From positions 131,934,296 to 131,972,032 of the forward strand of contig NC_068981.1 in assembly GCF_001194135.2 (NCBI RefSeq): a DNA stretch of 37,737 nt, in the 5' to 3' direction. The notes below the pieces were generated by a model, which saw only the letters and a list, made by a program, of their open reading frames with translations, did not search any database and had not been told where the DNA came from. Positions within the stretch are counted from its first letter, which is position 1. Every line of letters begins with the position of its first letter. The DNA is from Octopus bimaculoides. Lineage: Eukaryota. The translations under genes and the position numbers were made by a program. This document shows, in pieces, positions 23,501-33,800 of this stretch.

Positions 23501-26500
23501 CAAATACACCCCTATATTTACTCTTCTGCACTGCAAACTATCACTCCCTCAAATTACACTTTTATTGACATCCATCATTCATATTACAGTCATCTTGACT
23601 ATCCAACACTCGTGCTCTCCCTTTGCCAGCTAACATTACCCTTCCATGCTGTTAACAACCAATGTGTCTTATGGATGAGTCTTTACTGGTATCCATCACA
23701 CTCACTTCCACCACAAGGTTCAATCCTTGTTGCAGTGAAGTGCCTTGTGTGTCTTAACAACCCTGAGAGCTATGCCAGTGGAGCGCAAGGTCCTGGTAGG
23801 GCCTCCCATGCAGGACAGGTCAAAAGATAATGGTCAGACTAATATGGACCACCTCTTCCCAGAGGTAAAAATGGGTCTGTGTAGGGGCCAACAATCTCAC
23901 CTAAAAAAAAGAGGCAAAGTTACAGAAGCATCAATGACAATTCAAACCAAGGCCTTGGAGAGGAAGGAAAAGACAACCAAGAATCGAGAGCAGAAGGGGA
24001 CAATGATGGTGATTTCCATAGTGGTTATGTGTTGGTGGCACGTAAAAGCACCCTCTACACTCTCGGAGTGGTTGGCGTTAGAAAGGGCATCCAGCTGTAG
24101 AAACTCTGCCAAATCAGATTGGAGCCTGGTGTAGCCATCTGGTTCACCAGTCCTCAGTCAAATTGTCCAACCCATGCTAGCATGGAAAGCAGACGTTAAA
24201 CGATGATGATGATGATGATGTCAACAGATTAATATCTTGAGATTTAGTGACATGTCACAACTCTCAAGAATTTTGCAAAAGATTATTGAAGAACAGAGGA
24301 TAACAGTTGATTGGAACCTTGCTATCCAAAACTTGATTCCAATGTTTCCTTGTCTCTGAAATAGTGTTGTTGCACTACCAAGAAAGACTTAGGTTCATAT
24401 TTCTTAATCCAGATCTCTGATTAATTCATGATACTTTTTAATCTTTTCTATTTCTTTTATTTTGATACCATATAATATAGTGAAATCTACAATCTTGTAT
24501 GCTTGCATTTTCTTTATCATTATCATATCTATTTCCAGTCTTCTTTTACAAGAGTATGTAAATGTTTTGTTGTTGGCACTCTGTTGCTTACGACGTCGAG
24601 GGTTCCAGTTGATCTGATCAACGGAACAGCCTGCTCGTGAAATTAACGTGCAAATGGCTGAGCACTCCACAGACATGTGTACCCTTAACGTAGTTCTCGG
24701 AGATATTCAGCGTGACACAGTGTGACAAGGCTGACCCTTTGAATTACAGGCACAACAGGAATAGGAAGTAAGAGTGAGAGAAAGTTGTGGTGAAAGAGTA
24801 CAGCAGGGTTCGCCACCATCCCCTGCCAAAGCCTCGTGGAGCTTTAGGTGCTTTTGCTCAATAAATACTCACAACGCCCGGTCTGGGAATCGAAACCGCG
24901 ATCCTATGACCGCGAGTCCGCTGCCCCAACCACTGGGCCATTGCGCCTCCACGTATGTAAATGTAAGAAGAAAACTAAGATAGCATTTGCTAAAATATTA
25001 GTTTCAAATTTTGGCACAAGGCCAGCAATTTCAGGAGAAGGGGTAAGTCGATTACATTGACCCCAGTGCTCAACTGGTACCTATTTTATCGACCTCAAAA
25101 GGATGAAAAGCAAAGTTGATCTTAATGGAATTTGAACTCAGAACGCAAAGACAGCCAAAATGCTGCTAAGCATTTTGCCCAGTGTGCTAACGATTCTGTC
25201 AGCTTACCACCTTAACATTTGCTAAAATGTTGACATCTGAAAGCAGTAAAACAATGCAAAAGTGTTTGTCTTTCTTTCTCTTTTGGTATAATAATATGTA
25301 TCGCTGAAAGGAATTTCTCTAAGTTAAAGAAATAAACTGGGACACACCTGAAGAAATCTGTTTTCTCTTTGCTAGATTTTAATGTGATGTTTTTGAGGAA
25401 AAGCTTAACTTCAAGAAAATGGTTTCTGAAAGAAAAAAAAATTAAATAAAATTAATGCAAGTTAATATGTCCTTTCTCTCACTCATTTTTTTACATCTAC
25501 CACCACACATTTAAAAAAAAAAATTCTTGAATTTAACTGACTTAACTAACAATAGCAGTTCATACAACCAGTACCTAGTTCTAGATTCTGTAATGTTAAA
25601 GGGATGAGATAAATCACCGCTTTGAAAAGGATATCAGCCTCTCTTAAATGACTTACATATTCTCAATAATAAGGTGAAATGAAGCATGTAAAATTAAATG
25701 CTTTGCCTAAACATACAAACCTCAACAACCTATACTAAATATTAGAAACTCTGCCAAATTTAGATTGGAGCCTGGTGTTGCCATCCGGTTTCACCAATCC
25801 TCAGTCAAATCGTCCAACCCATGCTAGCATGGAAAGCGGACGTTAAACGATGATGATGATGATGATGATGATAGTCATCCAAAATTTACACACTCCAAAA
25901 TTTCATCACACAGAGAGAGGGTGTGTGTGAGAGAGAGAGAGACAGACAGACAGAATGGTTGTGAGATTGAGAGAGAATGTGTGTGAGAGTGAGAGAGAGA
26001 GAGAATGTGAGTGAGAGTGAGAGAGAGAGAGAGAGAGCGAGACAATGTGTTTGTATGTGGTCTGATCAATAAGTATCCGGACTGTAAGCATAGTAATGAA
26101 GCTAAAGCATGCAGAGTGAAGCTGCTTGGCACAGATTGGCCTTGAACTCTGCTGTGCATGTGCACTAAGTTTTAATGTTCTAGCTCACTTCTGCTGTTTA
26201 CAACAGTGCTTGGGAGAAAGGTGTGTACCGTGTGATGACAGAGAAAGTTGAGCAGAGAATCTGCATCAAATTTTGCCAAAAGCTTGGTGATACCTGCTCA
26301 GAGGTGGACACAAAGTTTTCAAAAAGTTTTCATCATTCTCGACACAATCAAGGAGATCTTGAGCAACTGAAACTCGAACGTCTTTGGCACAAACTTGGCA
26401 GACACACGTCTCATACCGAAATCTTCAATGATAATGGACTGAACTGAACCGTAACTAATCTGCACATCCTCTAATAACTCACGAATGGTGATTCGATGTT

Positions 26501-29500
26501 TTTCTCAGTTCTGCTGGTCTCTCAGAACATTCGTCAATATTGATATTTTTTCAGCTGTCTTGGAAATGTCTGAACTACTCATACACTTGTGTGCAGTTTA
26601 TACACTCCTCTCGATACATTTTCTGCAACTTTGCACAGGCTTCTGAGCAGGTGTCGCCATGGCAACTTTCTCTGTCATGGTTAATGTGATGACCACATGC
26701 TACACACCTTCCTTCCAAGCACTGCTGTAAACAGCAGGAGTGAGCTACAATGTTAAAACTTAGTGCGCATGCACAGCAGAATTCAAGGCCAATCTTTGCA
26801 TACAGCTTCACTCTTCATGCTTTAGTTTCGTTACTATGGCAACAGTCCAGAAACTTATTGATCAGACCTCATATATGTATATAGCTGGGTAGACGTCTGT
26901 CCATCACTGGCAGTAGCTTTTTTTAAAGCATGTATATTGAAACATGACACTAGCATAAGCTTTCAAACACACACTACAACTAAGAGATTTAATCTTTTAT
27001 TTCAGCATAATTCTTGTCCATATTTCAAATTCCAACTATTTCATCAAATTTTGAAAATGACTAAATCAAAATTATACCATAACATCCTTTAAGATTTCAA
27101 TAAAATCATCATCATCATCGTTTAATGTCCGCTTTCCATGCTAGCATGGGTTGGACGATTTGACTGAGGACTGGTGAACCAGATGGATACACCAGGCTCC
27201 AATCTGATTTGGCAGAGTTTCTACAGCTGGATGCCCTTCCTAATGCCAACCACTCCGAGAGTGTAGTGAGTGCTTTTACGTGTCACCGGCACGAAGGCCA
27301 GTCAGGCGGTACTGGCAATGGCCACGCTCAAAATGGTGCATTCTACATGCCACCCGCACAAGAGCCAGTCCAGCGGTACTGGCAACGAACTTTTCACGTG
27401 TCATGGGCACAAGCGCCAGAAAGGCAACGCTGGGCACAAGCGCCAGAAAGGCAATGCTGGGCACAGGTGCCATCACGATTTCACTTTCGCTTGCCCCAAC
27501 AGGTCTTCACAAGCTGAGCCCCATGTCCAATGAAGTAGACGACGTTGGCATGGGTGCCAGTCATCGAATTTAGTCCGATTTCGATATCACTTGCCTCAAC
27601 AGGTCCTCGCAAGCAGGGCCCAGTGTCCAATGAAGGAAAGGTACGCATAAGTGGGCTGGCTACACCCCTGGCAGAGGCCTTGCATTTAGGTCTCAGAATC
27701 TATTGACAAGATTCAAGAAGGTGGGGGAGTGGGGGAAATAGATGTAAAAATAAATATAAATTCCTGCATTGCACTTTTCTAACAAGTGAATTGATGTGGG
27801 ATTGATGTTGGGATTAAAACAAAAGCAGCATGGCAGAACCATTATAGCTATTAAAACTGCCCTTACACTTTTACTTTATTAATTTTTTTTATATAGATAA
27901 TATATATTCTTAACTATCTAAATGCTAAGTTAAGTTATTATTTTAAAGCTAGTTTGAAAATAACAACTTTTATTGATGGAGTGACTCAATACAGAGAGAC
28001 GAGTCAACTCATATTCTTTGGTGTCAAAACCTTCATTGTACATTTAAGATCTTGTTTACTGAGACTAATCAGTGAACAGGTTGTAGATGTACAAACAGGG
28101 TTTTGATGAATAAACAAAGTGTAGATGAAAGACTTTGATACTTAATGATTATAATGACTCTACTGTAAGTAAGTAGCTAAATAGCTAAATTTAGTTATAT
28201 TCTATTAACTGAAGTGATGAGTGGCTGAGTGTAAGTGAATTAAGAAAGCGGTTTAGCATCAAAGACATTCATTGCAAAGGTGAATGTGGTAATAATTGAA
28301 GGAAGTGGAGTAATGATCATAACCTTTGCAACCTTATCTAGACTGATGAGATCAATGCAGTTGCACCAGTCTAAATATGTAGACAAGAAAGAATTATAAT
28401 TCAGGGAAGGAATGATAATCAAAAGGCAAAGAAATAAGAACAAGTGTATTGGGGGAACCTTAGAGAAGGGATATATAATTTGGAGGGGCCAAAATAAATA
28501 ATGGCCAAATGCTAAGAGGCAAAAAGATGTAATAGTGAGTCAGTGAGCTACTGATTGTGGCATGTAGATTAATGAATCTCTGACAATCAGTCAGTTGGTC
28601 TTCTTTTGAATGTGGCCTGGAATGCTTAAGTGTGTAGAAAAATTCTATTCTAAATATAGATCTATATTCCAAATATGAATCACATTTGACTTTTGATAAT
28701 AACTGAGCAAATCTGAAATGTTTTCTGATCTGAAGAAGAAAACTATTCAGCAACATCTAGCATTTGCAGCAACTTTGAAGGTTTAGTTTTGTATTGGTTA
28801 AGTAAATGTATAGATGGTGTGGCACAAGACTGTTTTCCAAATATATGTGCAGTTGACATTACCAATTACAGGATGTTTTCAAGGACACTGTTAATGAACA
28901 CACTGCAGTCTGGAATGCTGTGTTTAGGACACTTGTGCTCATAAGGGCAGCAAGTAAATCATTAATGTACAGAAAGAAGAGTGTGGGAGATAATACTGAA
29001 CAGTGAGGAAGGTAGACCAGAATGACAGAAAGAACCATGTCAGTACATGCTGCAATTATACGATTTGGTACAAAACTTCCAATTGAGGACATAAAGAGAC
29101 AGATGGAAATCAATAAGTGAGAAATTTATTGATTTCCATTAATCCTTTGTGTGCTGGTGGGGTCCCTTGGGACCCCAGCAAATTTTAAAAGTTATGCAAC
29201 TTTTACATTTTTTATTTAAATGATTTTATATATATCATGACTTTGTTGTTAATAGTTTATATATGCACATACAAATTTTGAGTTAAAAATTTTCAGTCAT
29301 ATGGATGCTATAGCATAAAATATAGTCACTGGGGTGCAACTGGATCCCATTAGCCTTCTGTAAAATTATTTTTTCCTATTCTTTTTTCAGATACTCTGAT
29401 GAACTGTAAGTCAATTTTCTTTGTATTTGTTCTGGTATGAATCTATATACATTTTTTCTTTTATTCTTTTTGTTTTATTTTATATTTAGTGCTATGTGTA

Positions 29501-30825
29501 TAGTTTATAAAACTATAAAAAGAAAAAGTACTAAATTTCTTGTTCTGTATCATGCACTCACACATATATACAAGATTAAACAAATATCACTTTATGGATA
29601 GTGCAAAAATAAAAGGGGACCCAATGGCCTTTTGTGTAATTCCAACCCCATCAGCCCACAAAGGGTTAATAGGAGATTCTTAAGCCAGACATAACTGATC
29701 AGTGCAATTTACAGGGCACTGCAGTGCTTGAACCACTCCTTGACAATATCAAGGGCAACAACATTGTTTTTGCAGAGGATTTAAAAGCTGAGAGAGACCA
29801 ATGGTGTAAGGTAAAGTATAACAAGAATCTTGTAAATTTAGCTATATGAAAACCATACTGGTTGTCATTGAACAGGATAAGAGACTTAAGGTGTCTCTGT
29901 CATCCTTGAGATGTTGAAAATGAGGGCAATAAATCGATAGCAGAATCAGACAGATTTTGTCTTTTAGAGAATGGGATATTATGTAACATGCTTCCATGCC
30001 GGCTGGAACATATCCACAAGTTGATGGAAGTAGTCCATGTTTGCTCTTGTTTAACCCTTTAGCATTTAAACCAGCCATAACCAGCCCAAAATATTCTTCC
30101 TGTTTTACATGGAAACTAACTAGATCCACATTCACACATCTACCCTACAATGTCATTCTAAAAATAAACAGTTATATCACTCAAATCTCAAAGCTGCAAG
30201 AATGTGAATAAATAAGCATTACATTTGACAGAGTAATCTGAATGCCAACAGGTTGAAATTTACTACGGGAGCACCAGAAAAGATATAGAGAAGTGAAAGC
30301 TGAAAAATGCAAGGAATCGGTGATAAAATGAAGATATGATACATACATATGTGGTACATAGATAAAATGAAGATGTGGTACATACATAATACAAAAAATT
30401 AATTAAACACTGAAGATAATGATGATTGTAACTTTCAAAAATTCTCTAGCATTTGCCCACAAGTGACTAGTCAAGTTGATAAAGAAACAAAGAAAATATC
30501 TGACTCACTCGTATTTAAAAAGGCGATCAGTCAACAAACATTTTAATGGTGGTCTTTGTTTTGGGTCTCGACTGAGATACTCATCTTGAATTCGCAATTC
30601 AAATGTTTTAAAAAGATCTCCTAAGAAAACAAATAATAATAATGATAATAAATGGACAAAAAGTGGTACTACATTTACTTTAAAACATTACTTTTGATTA
30701 TCACATGAAATTGTGATAGATAAACAGTGTAAACATGAAAACCCTGTACAAAACAACATGATGGTGTAAACCAACGAGAATATAACCTAATTACTGACAC
30801 AGACCAAATCAAGCAGTAAGTACAC

Positions 30826-30880
<55 letters not shown>

Positions 30881-33800
30881 TATACACATCTCATCATGCA
30901 CAAAGTGCCCATTACATATTAAATGCAAACTCAAACGAAAATTATAGGCATTATATTGTATCAACAAAGTCAGTCTTACTATACAAAACTGTCATTGTCA
31001 ATGTTGTTTTTTTCTATCTGTACAGAAACTTTACTGTCTCTCTTTGTGTATGGATTACTTAGAAAAAAACTGGTAATGCAACACTTATTTTATGCATTAT
31101 ATCTAATTATCATGTATAATTAGTGGTTGAAATATCACATGTGTAAATGTGAAGCCCATATACAAAACAACAGCATTTGGGCATATACCGCTGAGAATAT
31201 AGTCAAACTAACAACATGAAAAATCAAGCAAAGTGTTTGGAAAAATTAACAATTTTGAATTACAACACTTCTTTCAACCCCATCACCTCAAGCTCTGCCA
31301 TTAATTTAGAGGTTACTGGAACAGACAGCCACAACAACAACAACAACAATAATAATGGTAATAACAATAGTGGTAATGGTGGTAATAGTAACGATAGTAA
31401 TAAAAATAATAGGATAAGGAATACCAAGTTGAAACCTGGCATGGGATAGCCTCTCTAGATGAAGGTATATGGATCGACAGGGATAGTGTCATGATAAAAA
31501 CACTGGTAGTTGCACAACCTGACAAATTGTTACTTTATATGAGTGACAATGACAAATCAAAATTTTGAGAACAATGGTGTTAATGGGACTGGAATCTACG
31601 ATGGCGAAGGTGTCATGCCTAGCATGCTTGGAGTAACTGGTCTGGTTTCAGTAGGTTGTAACCCAGTGATAGATCAGCAAACATGGTGAAGGTGGAGTAA
31701 ACAAGTAAATATTGTGGTCATGGAGTGTTACTACCTGAGCAATCCTGTAGACAAAAATGGTTCTCCTGTTAAGAGCTACCAGCAATAAATGCATAGACAA
31801 CAGAAAGAGGTTTGTTTCAACTCATTGAACAGAAATTATGTGACGAAGCTAGAGCAATAAGAAAAAAAATTGCTGATTGCCAGAAGTGGAGCTTGAAGTT
31901 ATCAAAAGACAGGTATTAGAAAACAACAGCGAAAAAAATGAGGAAAATACAGATCTTTGTGAGAAAAAGTAGAGGACAGGGGTGAGATTTCTGGTAACCC
32001 ACTGGAAAAGGACAGTGATAGTTTGTCCAGTGAGAGACATGTAGATGGTCTGGAAGAATATGAAATTAATGAAGACATGAACAGAAGGCAATATATGACA
32101 GAATAAAGGCAAGGTTACAGGAGGACAATAGCAACATTATTTGCAACCTTAAAAAGGTTGACTGATGGAAGCTGAACCAAGAAACAAAAAAGGTGAATGA
32201 AATTCTAAAATACATCAAGGCAGAAAAACATTACAGAAACAAATAATTTGATCAAGTCAGCAAGTGTTGTTGAGGCACAAGATATGGGTGTAGGTGTCAA
32301 GAAAAAGACAATACAAGAGACCAGAGAAAAGAACATCATCATCATCATCATTTAACATCCGTTGACCAGGGCTGGCAAGTTGAAAGGCTGCACCAGACTC
32401 CAATCTGATTTGGCATGGTTTCTATGGCTGGATGTCCTTCCTAAGGTCAACCATTCCAAGAGTGTAATGGGTGCCTTTGCGTGACGCCAGTATCTGCCAT
32501 GACTGCAATTTTACTTCGCTTGATGGGTCTTCTTTTCAAGCACATGATGCCAAGGGTCTAAGTGATTCGTCATTGCCTCCATGAGGGCCAACACTCAAAA
32601 GGAGCTTTTCATGTGCCACCAGCATTGGTCATTTTGCCTCCATGATGCTCAATGCTCAAAAGATGCTTTTTACATTCCATAGGTATGGGTGCCAGTTACA
32701 TGACACCAGCATCGACCATGACTACAATTTCACTTGACTTGACAGGTCTTCTCAAGCACAGCATACCACCAATGGTCTCAGTCACTAGTCACTGTCTCTG
32801 TGAGGCCCAAGGTTCAAAGATCATGCTTCACCACCTCATCCTATGTCTTCCTGGGTCTACCTCTACCACAGGTTCCCTCCACAGTCAGAGATCAGCACTT
32901 CTTTACACAGTTGTCCTCATTCATACATGTCACATGACCATACCAGCGCAGTCGTCTCTCCTGCACTCCACATCTGATGCCTCTTATGACCAACTTTTCT
33001 CTCAAGATGTTTACACTCTGTTGCGCATGCACACTGACATTACACATCCAGCGAAGTATACTGGCTTCATTTCTTTCAAGCCTACACATGTCCGTGACTG
33101 TCACAGCCCATGTTTCACTGTCATGTAGCATAGCTGTTTGCACAAAGGCATCATACAATCAGCCTTTCACTCTGAGAAAGAGGCCCTTTGTTGCCCGCAA
33201 AGGTTGGAGCTCTCTGAACTTAGCTCAGCCTATTCTTATTCTGATAGCTACACTCACAGAGCATCCATCTCTGCTACTAACTTGGTCACCTAGATAATAG
33301 AAGCTACTACATCTAGCTTACCCCTCTGGCAGTTGATGGAGTCCTATTTTCTGTACATTTTCAATGTTCATTGTACCTGGACATCTTCCACATACAAAAG
33401 CTATTTTCCCTGTTAACCTTCCTCTGATATTTTCCACCAAGGTGGAAAAGAATACAAGTCAGTATAGATACACTCTTGGAGGACATTTCTGCTTTAGACC
33501 GAAAAGAGAAGAGAGAGCTAAGAAATGAACAAAAATATAAAGCATTGAAAGAAAAGACCAAAAAGTAGTAATGGAAGAACTCAAGCAAAATCATATTGCA
33601 AAGAAAGCAAAGATGGCAAGATTTGACCAAAGAATAAAGAAATATCAGTAAAAGAGATTATTCGGGGTAGACTGGAAGAGATTTTACCAAGAAAGAAATG
33701 GAGTGTACAGATGAAGTGATGATACTAGATAGTAATAGAAGTTAAAGATTTTGGAGTGACATTTGGAGTAAAGATAAGGAGTACAAGAAGGATATTGAAT

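Noticed and set aside
23229-23633. 134-aa hydrophobic ORF
   Set aside because: T/C-rich low-complexity intronic sequence, antisense to SCYL3, with no motifs or splice support.
24880-24952. tRNA gene (also 36106-36170 and ~12060-12130)
   Set aside because: A and B boxes are present, but the first two continue into SINE bodies with tails and TSDs. The third is a degenerate head. None forms a complete cloverleaf.
9-27390. Recurring near-identical ~130-300-bp units as a CRISPR-like array
   Set aside because: They are dispersed, variably 5'-truncated, in both orientations and end in (GAT)n, so they are retrotransposon tails. No spacers or cas genes.
30505-30516. U12-type AT-AC intron at TTTAA|ATACGA
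   Set aside because: No ATATCCTT consensus and the acceptor is AG; a strong gtgagt donor 6 nt later keeps the frame.
33318-33352. AG...GT-bounded segment (KIGLHQLPEG) as a SCYL3 exon
   Set aside because: It lies inside the nested RTE ORF and has the wrong exit phase; exon 35548-35647 already supplies the expected motif.
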